The position numbers and the translations under genes are program-made. Shown one piece after another: positions 32,519 to 42,570 of a stretch of 64,000 nucleotides of DNA. Origin of the DNA: Thermostichus sp. DRC_bins_24 (GTDB taxonomy: Bacteria; Cyanobacteriota; Cyanobacteriia; Thermostichales; Thermostichaceae); contig JAUQVK010000112.1 in assembly GCA_039794845.1 (NCBI GenBank), forward strand, positions 14,359-78,358, in the 5' to 3' direction. The notes under the pieces were generated by a model. It ran no database searches, was not told the DNA's origin, and worked only from the letters and a program-made list of their open reading frames with translations. Every line of letters begins with the position of its first letter. Within the stretch, counting starts at the first letter, position 1.

Positions 32519-34132
32519 TCAGAGCAAGGGCAATTGTCGGCTAATGCGCACCATCGGCCCCAGCCCCAATCCCGTCGGGCTCAATGCCTGCATTTCAAAC
32601 AGGGCCAAGATGTGCCGCATCTGCAACTCCGGTCGCACGGAAGTTACCCCCATGGCCACCACCAAACCACAATAGCCACCCGTATCGCGGCAGCGCCGTT
32701 CCCAGCGTTTGCGAGCCATGGAGTGGATGGGGTCATCTTCGGGAAACTCCCCGAACAAGTGTAGGTCGCGGTTGCCCGTCTGCACAATTTCTAGGTCGTA
32801 ACGGTCGCCACCGAAGGGATCCACCCCCGTATTGAAACAAACCCCCTGGGGCCCACCTTCCCCGCGCAGATTCTCGATGAGTTGCTTCGCCTTGGGTCGG
32901 GAGGTACGCACGATCACCACAGGCAGCCCTTCGCCACTCTCCACCAGCTTGCTTTCGGGGAGTGGATGCAATTGCCCCATCAGCCGCAGCGCCTCTACCG
33001 TTGTCCAGGGCAAGACCCCCAAACCCAGTTGGGCCCCCTCGGGTACCAAATCATCCCGCAGCAGAGTTTGGGTGGATGCTTCGGTCGCCTCTCCCAACTC
33101 CAGCAGGTCTTCAGCCAAGTCTGGCAGGGTTCGTACCTGTACCCAGAGGGTTGTCCCTTTCGCCTGGGGATGAGGAATGCGATACCGCCCCTGACAGGGT
33201 TGAAAGTCCTCCTCGAGCTTGCGGCGATGTTGCCTGAGAAAGCGATGCAACGCTTCCAAGGCCACCAACAAGATTGCTGCCTCATCTTCCTGTAGGGCAG
33301 AACGCAAGCCCTCCAGAGGGTGGATAGTACCGAAGTTCGGCTCAATGGCATCCGGATCCAACTCCGCCAAGTCCAGATCCGGCAGCTCGTTCAGCTCAGG
33401 ATTGCGAGCCTGAAAGGTAAGGTAGAGGCAATCCTGCTTGAGGAAGGCTTCTTCCATTTCTTCTGGGCTATCCGGCTGGCCCGCATCCTGGCGAAACTGC
33501 TTGAGGGAATGCAGCGAGCGGTAAAACAGCACCCCATACTCCATGCCCAGCCGCCCCATCACCGAGACGTAGAGGGTTTCCAGATCCCACCGGTTTAGCT
33601 CGATGGCCAGAACCTGGTGATCTTCTAGGTAATCCCAGGGGGCATCCTGCCAAAGGGTGAGGGCCTTGTTGGTCAGTGGCTCCGCGTAGGTTTCCGGCAG
33701 GGGGGGAGGGATCCGCTCATTGGCTTCTTCGAAGCTCTGGAGAATTTCATCGATCAGGGGCAAGTCCGGCTGACACTCCACCTTAATGTCCAGCTCGTGC
33801 AAAACGCCGCGCAAGAAAAACTGCACCTCCCGATCGCGCACGATGATCTTCTGGGGACGGGCAGGTGAAGCTGCATGGGGTCGCTCCATCGCCAAAATTA
33901 GGGTGCGCACCATCGGCTCAATGCCGGAGCGAGGGGGCACCACTTCCATGGCCCGTACCACGCCCTGAATGCCGTCCACCCACAGGATGCACTCCCCTTC
34001 TGTGGAACCCGACTGGGATCCCATGCGGAGTCGTCCCGAGAGGCTGTGTCGATCCCCTTCCCACACCGATGGCACCTGGGGCAACTTTTGTAAGCGACGA
34101 ACCGTAGCGGCGGGGAGACCGGACATAGACAT
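32519..34132 (-). CDS. Conserved cyanobacterial hypothetical protein (DUF6930-like)
   Basis: Long ORF with TVRRLQKLPQVPSVWEGDR, RPQKIIVRDREVQFFLRGVL, LYVSVMGRLGMEYG; family assignment from memory. Confidence 0.75.
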   Translation of the reverse strand: MSMSGLPAATVRRLQKLPQVPSVWEGDRHSLSGRLRMGSQSGSTEGECILWVDGIQGVVRAMEVVPPRSGIEPMVRTLILAMERPHAASPARPQKIIVRDREVQFFLRGVLHELDIKVECQPDLPLIDEILQSFEEANERIPPPLPETYAEPLTNKALTLWQDAPWDYLEDHQVLAIELNRWDLETLYVSVMGRLGMEYGVLFYRSLHSLKQFRQDAGQPDSPEEMEEAFLKQDCLYLTFQARNPELNELPDLDLAELDPDAIEPNFGTIHPLEGLRSALQEDEAAILLVALEALHRFLRQHRRKLEEDFQPCQGRYRIPHPQAKGTTLWVQVRTLPDLAEDLLELGEATEASTQTLLRDDLVPEGAQLGLGVLPWTTVEALRLMGQLHPLPESKLVESGEGLPVVIVRTSRPKAKQLIENLRGEGGPQGVCFNTGVDPFGGDRYDLEIVQTGNRDLHLFGEFPEDDPIHSMARKRWERRCRDTGGYCGLVVAMGVTSVRPELQMRHILALFEMQALSPTGLGLGPMVRISRQLPLL

Positions 34133-34423
34133 CCAAAGAAAACAAGAGAACAACCCATGGATCAGCACACTGCAACCAGGGATCGGCCTTGGCCATTTTG
34201 GCAGCAAGACCAAGGGATCTCGCTGGCTTAATCACCAGTGTAGGAGCTGAGCCCCTCTTCAGCGATAGGAGATGGCCTGGCTCTGGGGTGGTATGGAAAA
34301 CGGATCCCCCATGAAACCGGCATATCACTGTCGCACTATTGTCGCACTGTAGGCAGCTGTTGACGGGAGCAAGGGGTAACCCGTCCCATGCCTGGATAGC
34401 TTATGCTGTAAAGCTCTTGCTGA

Positions 34424-34496
34424 AGCTGATGGTCAGATTCGAACTGACGACCGCTCGATTACAAGTCGAGTGCTCTACCAACTGAGCTACACCAGC
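34424..34496 (-). tRNA. tRNA-Thr(TGT)
   Basis: GCTGGTGTAGCTCAGTTGGTAGAGCACTCGACT-TGT-AATCGAGCGGTCGTCAGTTCGAATCTGACCATCAGC; full cloverleaf, CCA not encoded. Confidence 0.98.
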
Positions 34497-34634
34497 GATT
34501 TAGGCTTATCGATCTTAGCACTCCCTTCCCTACTCTTATCCTCTGACCTTACTCAAGCCCTTGCTTCTCTTCACGTAGGAGCCAGAGTGAGGGGCTCCGT
34601 CCCGCCGGGCAAAACGTCGGAAAAGGCTCTAGCC

Positions 34635-35009
34635 CTACCGTTCCTCGGGAAATCCGGCTTCCCGCCAGCCCCGTATTCCGCCATCCATAGAGATCACTTT
34701 CCGGTATCCCATCTTTCTCAGGTTGTCTGCTGCCAAGGCGGAGCGAAACCCACCCCCACAGTAGAGAATGATTTCTGCCTCTTTATCAGGGATGGCCGTT
34801 TCGATATCCCGCTCGATGATCCCTTTGCCCAAGTGCATGGCTCCCGCGGCATGGCCCGCCTGCCATTCCGACTCCTCCCGCACATCCACAAAATAAAAGG
34901 GATCCCCTTGCAGTTGCTTCTGTCGTACCTGCTGAACCGTCAGTTCTTGAATGCGGCTTTTGGCATCGTTGACCAAGGCCAAAAACGCAGGGGAGTGCTG
35001 AGGGGCCAT
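34635..35009 (-). CDS. Rhodanese-like sulfurtransferase
   Basis: VDVREESEWQAGH, HLGKGIIERDIE, ILYCGGGFRSALAA, MDGG...W. Confidence 0.93.
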   Translation of the reverse strand: MAPQHSPAFLALVNDAKSRIQELTVQQVRQKQLQGDPFYFVDVREESEWQAGHAAGAMHLGKGIIERDIETAIPDKEAEIILYCGGGFRSALAADNLRKMGYRKVISMDGGIRGWREAGFPEER

Positions 35010-35094
35010 AGGGAACTCTCAAAAAAGAGGGACACATCGCAAGCCAAAGTTCGGCTCACCTCCTGGATCTTAAACGGCGCAAGGCTAGACTGGG

Positions 35095-36015
35095 ATGCAG
35101 ATTTGCCTGCTGGAGGCCCACGGTTTGAGATCCCCCTTTGCCCTTTCCCCACTGCTCTGGCCCCTTGCCTCTGCCCTCTGTCTGGGGATCCCGTTGATGG
35201 GTGCCGGTGCTGCCCTGGCTCAGCCTGCCCCCACACAATTGGAAGGTGGGATCCAACGCCAAGTATCCAGTTCTCCGCCTGCTCCTTTGGTGGAATGGCT
35301 CAACCGGCAGATCGAAGCGGCCAACCGCCGCGATTTGGAAGGGGTGATGGCCACCTACAGCCCTGAGTTTCATCATCGGGATGGCTTGGATCGAGAAGCA
35401 GTGAAGCGCTCCATCCAGAAGCTCTGGGAAAACCACCCCGATCTCACCTACTCCGCTCAAATTGTGTCTTGGCGGCAGGTGGGCCCCGATATCATTGCCG
35501 ATGTGGCGAGCCAACTGGAGGGATCCCAAACTTCGGTGCGGGGCGACTTTCAAGTAGAAGCCTCCACGCTGGTGCGCAATCGCTATCGCCCAGATCCCGC
35601 CAATCCTGAACAACTGCTGTTGATCGACCAGGAAGTGTTGCGGGAAGCGAGCACCCTCACCTCCGGCTCGGCCCCGCCCACGGTCACCTTCAACTTGCCG
35701 GATGTGGTCAAGCCCGGCTCCACCTATTCTTTGCAGGCAATTGTGGCAGAACCCCTGACCCGCTCGCTGCTTTTGGGGGCGGTGACGGAACAACCCATTA
35801 CCCCCTCCGGCTACCCGGAAGTTACCTCGTTTCCCCTCGAACCGTTGCAGGCAGGGGGCATTTTCCGTCAGGCGGATGCCCCGAAGGAACCCGGTGCAGA
35901 GTGGATTTCCGTGATGCTGGTGAATCAAACGGGCATTACCCTGGAGAGCCGTCGTCTCACCGTCAGCGACCGCTTGGCCCTAGAGGGATCCCTGGCTGCC
36001 CCTGCCAATCCTTAA
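35095..36015 (+). CDS. Secreted NTF2/SnoaL-like protein
   Basis: Signal peptide (AALAQ); EAANRRDLEGVMATYSPEF..DGL; TSGSAPPTV; AGGIFR. Confidence 0.8.
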   Translation: MQICLLEAHGLRSPFALSPLLWPLASALCLGIPLMGAGAALAQPAPTQLEGGIQRQVSSSPPAPLVEWLNRQIEAANRRDLEGVMATYSPEFHHRDGLDREAVKRSIQKLWENHPDLTYSAQIVSWRQVGPDIIADVASQLEGSQTSVRGDFQVEASTLVRNRYRPDPANPEQLLLIDQEVLREASTLTSGSAPPTVTFNLPDVVKPGSTYSLQAIVAEPLTRSLLLGAVTEQPITPSGYPEVTSFPLEPLQAGGIFRQADAPKEPGAEWISVMLVNQTGITLESRRLTVSDRLALEGSLAAPANP

Positions 36016-36112
36016 AGAATCTTCACAAGACGGGGAATGCCTTCGGGGTAACCTAAGCTGTCAGTTGTGCTTGTGAAGGTGCGCCAGGGTTGGGCGCATA
36101 AGGCGGTAAACT

Positions 36113-36238
36113 ATGCATGCTTCGGTTCGCCTGCTCTGCTTTTTGGTGTTGGGTCTGTTCTTGGTCGGTTGCAGCGGTGGCAACTCTGTAGGTGCGCCGG
36201 TGGTGGATCGGCAAACCCCCACACCTGGAGGCAGTTGA
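36113..36238 (+). CDS. Putative small lipoprotein (41 aa), not in ORF track
   Basis: MHASVRLLCFLVLGLFLVG-CSGGNSVGAPVVDRQTPTPGGS*; hydrophobic core, LVGC lipobox, AAGGCGG upstream. Confidence 0.55.
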   Translation: MHASVRLLCFLVLGLFLVGCSGGNSVGAPVVDRQTPTPGGS

Positions 36239-36242
36239 TCCC

Positions 36243-37280
36243 TCACCCTCCAGAGCCCAGCGCTTCCTCAACCGTGATGGTGACCAAGGGTTGACCCTGA
36301 AAGGCGGTGCCGGTTTGCTGTCGGCGGAAGTGGTTCCGAGCCATCTCATAAGCCCGACCGGATAGGGGCAAGAAGCGCACCAACGGGATCCAGCGCTCCG
36401 GCTCACTTAGATACGCCTCAATGAAATCTCCGATTTGGGGTTTCTCCGCCAAAGAATCCGTATTGATATACAGCAGCAGAGGGCGGCTAAGGGGGCGATA
36501 TTCCAAGCTGCGGATGGTCTCTAATTTGGGAAAAATCGGGCCGCGTCCGCTATCGAGGGGAATGGGCTTGAGATCTTCCCAATGGCGCAGGTAATTGCCA
36601 ATGTCAAAAAAACCCAAGGCATCGGGATCGTTGCTAATTTCTTCTACCAAAAACTCCAGATCTTCACTGGCCACATAATCGATGCGGCTGGATCCCGCTT
36701 CTCCAACCACAACTTGCGTGAAGTAATCGTAAGTACCCGAATCTTGACCACGGCCATACAAATTCAACGGGCGATCCGGCCAACCAGAGCGTACCTGTGA
36801 CCAGCGGGTGATCTGGCCTTCGGCAGCAGGCTCCCAAATCTTCTTGAGTTCTTGCAGGGTGATGTCATTTGCCCAAGCATTATTGGGGTGAGCCACAATG
36901 GAAATGGCATCCATCGCAACAGGGATCTCGATGTATTCGATGCCATTTAACTCACAGAGGGCCATCTCTTCTCGGATAATCGGTCGAGAGGCATTTTGAA
37001 TATCGGTTTCTCCCTCACAAAACTTGCGGAAACCTGCTCTTGTCCCGGAAAAATTGAGCTTGATTTCAGCTGCTTGACGATTGTTGCGGCGATAACGCCG
37101 AATAGCTGAGTCTGTCAGTGGGTAAACGGTACTGGATCCGTCGATCACAATGGTGCTGTTGGTCTGAGCGGAACCATAATGGGCCAAAACAAGGGTGAAA
37201 AGACTGCCTAGCAAAAGCGCGATGAGCATGATCCCTGCAGTGGCAGAGCGCCCCATGCGGCGAAAAAGTGACGTGAGCAT
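36243..37280 (-). CDS. PstS-family phosphate-binding protein (divergent)
   Basis: [41 protein letters not shown]. Confidence 0.88.
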   Translation of the reverse strand: MLTSLFRRMGRSATAGIMLIALLLGSLFTLVLAHYGSAQTNSTIVIDGSSTVYPLTDSAIRRYRRNNRQAAEIKLNFSGTRAGFRKFCEGETDIQNASRPIIREEMALCELNGIEYIEIPVAMDAISIVAHPNNAWANDITLQELKKIWEPAAEGQITRWSQVRSGWPDRPLNLYGRGQDSGTYDYFTQVVVGEAGSSRIDYVASEDLEFLVEEISNDPDALGFFDIGNYLRHWEDLKPIPLDSGRGPIFPKLETIRSLEYRPLSRPLLLYINTDSLAEKPQIGDFIEAYLSEPERWIPLVRFLPLSGRAYEMARNHFRRQQTGTAFQGQPLVTITVEEALGSGG

Positions 37281-37331
37281 CGTCCGTATTCCCTCAGGAA
37301 ATGTATTCACAAAGAACAACTGAATTTGAAC

Positions 37332-37604
37332 TTAGCGATTGATCAATTTCTTGAGACTGTCTCGCAGATTATGCAACACCTCATCGATGAGGGATTTCAG
37401 ATCCTGCCAGGCTTCATCGGTGGCCTTTGCCAAGTCTTCTGAGCGGATTTGTGCCGATTGCAGATGGTGTTCTAGTCGCTCAATTTCCTCATGTTGAGCT
37501 GCCTCACGAGCCTCCTGATACTTGGCCTTGAGATTCTCCAAAACCTGCTTGGCTTCTACAATCTGTTGTTCCAAATGATGGAGATATTCTGTCTTAGAAT
37601 TCAT
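37332..37604 (-). CDS. Small coiled-coil hypothetical protein
   Basis: 90-aa helical ORF, ...LAKATDEAWQDLK..., GGAG upstream; co-oriented between the symporter and pstS. Confidence 0.75.
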   Translation of the reverse strand: MNSKTEYLHHLEQQIVEAKQVLENLKAKYQEAREAAQHEEIERLEHHLQSAQIRSEDLAKATDEAWQDLKSLIDEVLHNLRDSLKKLINR

Positions 37605-37797
37605 TTCATCTCTTCTCCAGTGGATGGGAATAGCTATCCATTACAGCCTTTCCACTAGTCACCTACAACTGTAGAAGCCGAGGCTTTTCCTTCCAGTTGA
37701 CTTAAGAAGTGCAAGTCTTGTTCTAGAAAATCCGCGCAAAGGCTGTAACTGTGCTTGTCAAGTTGGCTCAAATGACCTTTCGCCAGACCGTAGGCCC

Positions 37798-38976
37798 TTA
37801 GAACAACAGCGAGATGCCCAAACATACAGCGGGCAGCAGGAAGAAAACCCCGATCACGTAGATCAGCGCCACAATTTTGTGTTCGCTTGCCGCCTTTGCC
37901 AAAGCTTCCGCACCCAAGACTGGCAATTGCCGCAAGGGTTGAATGCCAAGCAAAAACGGGATCCCGAAAATGAGGATCACACCCAAAAAGTTAAACAAGA
38001 AGTGAACCACCGCAATCTCAAGAGCAGGCAAGGCCGTGGCCCCGGTTACCGCTGTTGCTGCCAGAAGGGCGGTGACACAGGTGCCCACATTAGCGCCCAA
38101 AGTAAAAGGGTAGATCTCCACCAAGCCAAACACCCCTGATCCGGCCAAGGGAACCATCAAGCTGGTGGTGGTGGAAGACGACTGCACCAAAATCGTCATC
38201 AGGGTACCAGAGGCAATGCCCATCAAAGGGCCACGCCCAATGGCGGTATGCAAAATATCTTTGGCTTTACCCACCAACAAATTCTTCAGCAGTTTGCCCA
38301 CGTAGTAAATGGAGAAGAAAATCAGGATGATGCCCAAAAGAATTTGCAGGATGCCGTTCAAGGGTGCAGGGAAAAAGTTGGTTCCCCCCGTGATCAGCTT
38401 AGCGGTGGGGGCAGTAGCAAATCCAACGAAGTTTAGCCCCTTCATACTCAGGGATCCCTCGCCGACAAACACGGATCCGAGAGCCAAACTGAGTCTTTCT
38501 AAGGGGTGGAACAAAATCTCGAGGGGCAAGAAAATCATGACGGCGATGAGGTTGAACATGTCCAACACCGTGGCTGCCGAAAACGCTCGTCGAAACTCTT
38601 CTTTATCGGCCACATGTCCGGCACTGACCAAGGTATTGGTGATCGAGGTGCCGATGTTGGCTCCCATGATCATGGGAATGGCAGTAGCGACGGGCAATCC
38701 TCCAGCCACTAAGCCGACCACAATTGAAGTCGTGGTACTCGATGACTGAATCAGGGCTGTGGCTACCGTACCGACAATCAAACCCAAGAAAGGATTGGTG
38801 GCAAAGGCAAATAGGGCATTGGCCTGTGTTCCAAGGGCCACCTTAAAGCCAGAACCGATCACACTTACCGCAACGATCAACAAATAGATAAGCGCCAAAA
38901 CGCTGAGCCAACTGAAAAAGGGCTTTTGACCTGTCTCAGCCAGAGGGGGTAAGGCTGCTGCTTGATCACCACTCAT
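37798..38976 (-). CDS. Na+/phosphate symporter (NptA/SLC34 family)
   Basis: Two QSSSTTTS motifs, MGANIGTSITN and LGANVGTCVT. Confidence 0.95.
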   Translation of the reverse strand: MSGDQAAALPPLAETGQKPFFSWLSVLALIYLLIVAVSVIGSGFKVALGTQANALFAFATNPFLGLIVGTVATALIQSSSTTTSIVVGLVAGGLPVATAIPMIMGANIGTSITNTLVSAGHVADKEEFRRAFSAATVLDMFNLIAVMIFLPLEILFHPLERLSLALGSVFVGEGSLSMKGLNFVGFATAPTAKLITGGTNFFPAPLNGILQILLGIILIFFSIYYVGKLLKNLLVGKAKDILHTAIGRGPLMGIASGTLMTILVQSSSTTTSLMVPLAGSGVFGLVEIYPFTLGANVGTCVTALLAATAVTGATALPALEIAVVHFLFNFLGVILIFGIPFLLGIQPLRQLPVLGAEALAKAASEHKIVALIYVIGVFFLLPAVCLGISLLF

Positions 38977-39008
38977 AAATAAAAAGTCTTAATTCTAAGA
39001 TCTCTGTG

Positions 39009-39041
39009 ATTCTACGAAGCTCAAATTAAGTGAGGTTTAAG
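39009..39041 (-). promoter_or_regulatory. Putative Pho box (SphR site) and -10 for the symporter-pstS cluster
   Basis: Minus strand CTTAAACC-tca-CTTAATTT (11-bp period, PyTTAAPyPy-like), then TAGAAT. Confidence 0.6.
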
Positions 39042-39091
39042 AGAAAGAGAAATTGTGGAGAAGGGATCCCCAAACACAACTATCCGCTCTC

Positions 39092-39306
39092 CCCTATGCC
39101 AAACGGAATCGCGGGCCGTAGAGAAGAGCGGTCTAGCGGGCCTTCAACTGGAACCTGACTGCCGGGAGGAACCCCAAGCGAGCAAGAACGTGAAGACTCT
39201 TCAGTAAACTGAAGGATCTGAGTTCAGATCGTCAGAGAACAGCCCCGGCGCACAGCCGGCTGACCCCAACTTGATGACCCTTACAACTACTGCTATCTGG
39301 CATGGG
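39092..39306 (-). ncRNA. ssrS: 6S RNA (SsaA/SsrS); ends approximate
   Basis: Minus strand folds as a long rod (CCCATGCCAGA/TTTGGCATAGGG; GGGTC..CAA/TTGAAGGCCC; GCCGGGG/CTCCCGGC) and contains GAACTCAGATCCTT and CACGTT, recalled from cyanobacterial 6S RNA. Confidence 0.75.
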
Positions 39307-39511
39307 CAAGAACCTCCCTTACTCGACGACACCCTGAGGCTAGCATAAATCCCTATCAGCGGTTCACTTCAGCCCTTCGCAGAGGTTGGTTTTGCCCGAT
39401 ATCGCTATCGCCCGATATCGCTGTCGGATGATGGCTAGGGTTTGTCTGGGAATACCCCTTTCCAGCAACAGCGTAGGATAGAGAAACGCCATTTAGCCTG
39501 CTCGAATCGCC

Positions 39512-42313
39512 GTGGACTACAAAAGCACCCTTAACCTGCCCCAAACTCAGTTTTCCATGCGGGCAGAGGCCGCCAAGAAAGAACCCGCCATTCAAGCCTT
39601 TTGGCAGGAAGAGCAGATTTATCAACGCCTTTCGGAAAACAACAGCGGGGATCCCTTTGTGCTGCACGATGGGCCGCCCTACGCCAATGGCGACATTCAC
39701 ATGGGCACCACCCTCAACAAGATCCTCAAGGATATTGTCAACAAGTATCAGATCCTGCGAGGACGCAAGGTGCGCTACGTGCCCGGCTGGGACTGTCATG
39801 GCCTGCCGATCGAGCTGAAGGTGCTGCAAAGCCTGCCCGCCCAAGAGCGGGAAAGTCTCACCCCCCTGCAACTGCGGCAAAAGGCCAAAGCCTATGCCCT
39901 GGGCTACATCGATACCCAGCGCACCAGCTTCAAACGCTTGGGGGTATGGGGATCCTGGGATCGGCCGTACATGACCCTGAAACCCGAATACGAAGCCGCC
40001 CAGATCGAGGTGTTTGGGCAGATGGCCCTGAAGGGGTATATCTACCGTGGCCTCAAGCCGGTGCATTGGAGCCCCAGCTCCCAGACGGCCTTGGCCGAAG
40101 CAGAGTTGGAATATCCCGAGAATCACATCTCCCGCAGCATCTATGTGGCCTTTCCCCTGAAAAGCCTCAGCCCCTCAGCCCAAGCGGTTTTGGATCCCTT
40201 TCTGCCGGGTTTGCGGGTGGCCATTTGGACCACGACCCCCTGGACGATCCCGGCCAACTTGGCCCTCTGTTTTAGCCCCAAGCTCACCTATGCCGTGGTG
40301 GAATCCCCAACCTTTGGGCATCTCCTAATCGCGGCGGATCTACGGGGGCGGCTGGAAAAAGTCTTAGAAACCTCCCTTGAGGTAAAGGCGACCCTACCGG
40401 GCTCCGCCCTGGAATACTCCCAAGGGCAGCACCCCCTCTACGACCGCACCAGCCTCTGTGTCTTGGGAGAATACGTCACCACCGAATCGGGGACCGGCAT
40501 TGTCCATACCGCCCCAGGACATGGGGAAGACGACTTCAAAACCGGCCAAAAATATGGCCTGCCCATCCTCAGCCCGGTGGATGATCAGGGAAAATTTACG
40601 GCTGAGGCGGGGGCCGATTTTGTCGGGTTGGATGTGCTCTCCAAAAAGCCGGAAACCAGTGGCAATGCCGCCGTGATCAAGGCTCTGCAGGCAGCCGGTG
40701 CCCTCCTCAAAGAAGAACCCTACAACCACAAATATCCCTACGACTGGCGCACCAAGGAGCCGACGATTTTTCGGGCCACCGAGCAGTGGTTTGCCTCCGT
40801 TGCCGGATTCCGGGATCTGGCCCTGAAGGCGATCAAAGACGTGAAATGGATCCCGGCGATTGGCGAAAATCGCATCACCGCGATGGTGGCAGAACGTTCC
40901 GATTGGTGCATTTCCCGGCAACGGGCCTGGGGTGTGCCCATCCCCGTATTTTACGACGAAGAAACCGGGGATCCCTTGCTCACGGCCGAAACCATTGACC
41001 ACATCAAAACCATTTTTGCCCAAGAGGGATCCGATGCTTGGTGGACTCACTCGGTGGAAGACCTGCTGCCGGAAACCTACCGTCACAATGGCCGTACCTA
41101 CCGCAAGGGCATGGACACAATGGATGTCTGGTTTGACTCCGGTTCTTCTTGGGCAGCGGTGGCCAAAGCACAGGGACTGGGCTATCCCGTGGATATGTAT
41201 TTGGAGGGATCCGATCAACACCGGGGTTGGTTCCAATCCAGTTTGCTCACGTCCGTGGCGGTGAATGGTCATGCCCCCTACAAATCGGTGTTGACCCACG
41301 GATTTGTGCTGGATGAAAAAGGCCAGAAAATGAGCAAATCCCTGGGCAATGTGATTGACCCGATGCTGTTGATCAACGGCGGAAAAAATCTGCAAACGGA
41401 TCCCGCCTATGGGGCCGATGTGCTGCGGCTATGGGTTTCTAGTGTGGATTATTCCGGTGATGTGCCGCTGGGCAAAACCATTCTTGGCCAAATGGCGGAT
41501 GTGTACCGCAAGATCCGCAATACTGCTCGGTTTTTATTGAGCAACCTCTATGATTTTGACCCGGCCCAGGATGCTCTGTCTTTTGCTGAACTGACGGAGT
41601 TGGATCGCTACATTCTCCACCGCCTGAAAGCGGTGGGATCCGAAATCACCGAGTCTTTTGAGAGTTACCAGTTCTACCGCTTTTTCCAAGCAATTCAGAA
41701 TTTTTGCGTGGTGGATCTCTCCAATTTTTATTTGGATATCAGCAAGGACCGTCTGTATATTAGCCATGCCCAAAGTCCACGGCGGCGACAATGTCAAACG
41801 GTGCTGGCCATCCTGCTGGAAAATCTGGCCAAGGCAATTGCCCCCGTTCTGTCCCACATGGCCGAGGAAATTTGGATGCATCTTCCCTACCCCAAGCCCA
41901 CCCCATCGGTGTTCGAAGCGGGCTGGATGAGCTTGCCCGAGACTTGGTCGGATCCCCAGTTGTCTGCCACCTGGGAGCAGTTGCGTTCTGTACGGCAAGA
42001 GGTGAACAAAGCCCTCGAGCAAGCCCGCACCGAAAAGCTGATCGGGGCGTCCACCGAAGCCAAGGTCATCCTTAAGGTGGGGGATCCCGGTCTTTACCGG
42101 ATCCTGGAAGATCATGCTGCGGAGTTGCGTTACCTATTGATTACCTCACAGGTAGAAGTGGCCAAATCGACAGAGGGGTTGGAGATCATTGTTCAGCCTG
42201 CCGAGGGTAAAAAATGCGTGCGCTGCTGGAACCATTCCATTCATGTGGGCGAATCCGCCGAGCATCCAGAATTGTGTGAGCGCTGTGTGGCGGCTTTAGC
42301 AGGAACCTTTTGA
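39512..42313 (+). CDS. ileS: Isoleucine--tRNA ligase
   Basis: HDGPPYANGDIHMGT, GWDCHGLP, WTTTPWT, EGSDQHRGWF, KMSKS, C-terminal Zn finger. Confidence 0.99.
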   Translation: MDYKSTLNLPQTQFSMRAEAAKKEPAIQAFWQEEQIYQRLSENNSGDPFVLHDGPPYANGDIHMGTTLNKILKDIVNKYQILRGRKVRYVPGWDCHGLPIELKVLQSLPAQERESLTPLQLRQKAKAYALGYIDTQRTSFKRLGVWGSWDRPYMTLKPEYEAAQIEVFGQMALKGYIYRGLKPVHWSPSSQTALAEAELEYPENHISRSIYVAFPLKSLSPSAQAVLDPFLPGLRVAIWTTTPWTIPANLALCFSPKLTYAVVESPTFGHLLIAADLRGRLEKVLETSLEVKATLPGSALEYSQGQHPLYDRTSLCVLGEYVTTESGTGIVHTAPGHGEDDFKTGQKYGLPILSPVDDQGKFTAEAGADFVGLDVLSKKPETSGNAAVIKALQAAGALLKEEPYNHKYPYDWRTKEPTIFRATEQWFASVAGFRDLALKAIKDVKWIPAIGENRITAMVAERSDWCISRQRAWGVPIPVFYDEETGDPLLTAETIDHIKTIFAQEGSDAWWTHSVEDLLPETYRHNGRTYRKGMDTMDVWFDSGSSWAAVAKAQGLGYPVDMYLEGSDQHRGWFQSSLLTSVAVNGHAPYKSVLTHGFVLDEKGQKMSKSLGNVIDPMLLINGGKNLQTDPAYGADVLRLWVSSVDYSGDVPLGKTILGQMADVYRKIRNTARFLLSNLYDFDPAQDALSFAELTELDRYILHRLKAVGSEITESFESYQFYRFFQAIQNFCVVDLSNFYLDISKDRLYISHAQSPRRRQCQTVLAILLENLAKAIAPVLSHMAEEIWMHLPYPKPTPSVFEAGWMSLPETWSDPQLSATWEQLRSVRQEVNKALEQARTEKLIGASTEAKVILKVGDPGLYRILEDHAAELRYLLITSQVEVAKSTEGLEIIVQPAEGKKCVRCWNHSIHVGESAEHPELCERCVAALAGTF

Positions 42314-42570
42314 GTATTTGGCCAACTCAGGCAGATAGGGTTACAACCCCTCACCTAGCCGTTGCAAATGGATTCTGGAGGAGTCTCACCGGATGATTGA
42401 TTGCTGCGGGCATTCTCCGGAATCGGCCACCGGGAGATGCCAGCAGAGGAAGCAGGCTGCTGTCAGCACCTCAGGCAATGCACGAAATCTAGCACGCAGC
42501 AGACCCCTCCACCCCAAAGATGGCCTTGGGGATCCCATCCTAAATCTGAATTCAAAATCAATGGGATCCG

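Noticed and set aside
34515..34523. CIRCE element (TTAGCACTC), given hrcA in the window
   Set aside because: Only a half-site with no GAGTGCTAA 9 bp later; it coincides with the extended -10 (TGCTAAGAT) of the tRNA promoter on the minus strand.
42400..42450. Strong hairpin GGCATTCTCCGG/CCGGGAGATGCC between ileS and the 74-aa gene as a possible ncRNA
   Set aside because: Adequately explained as a terminator or 3' stabiliser between convergent genes; no promoter or family motif seen.
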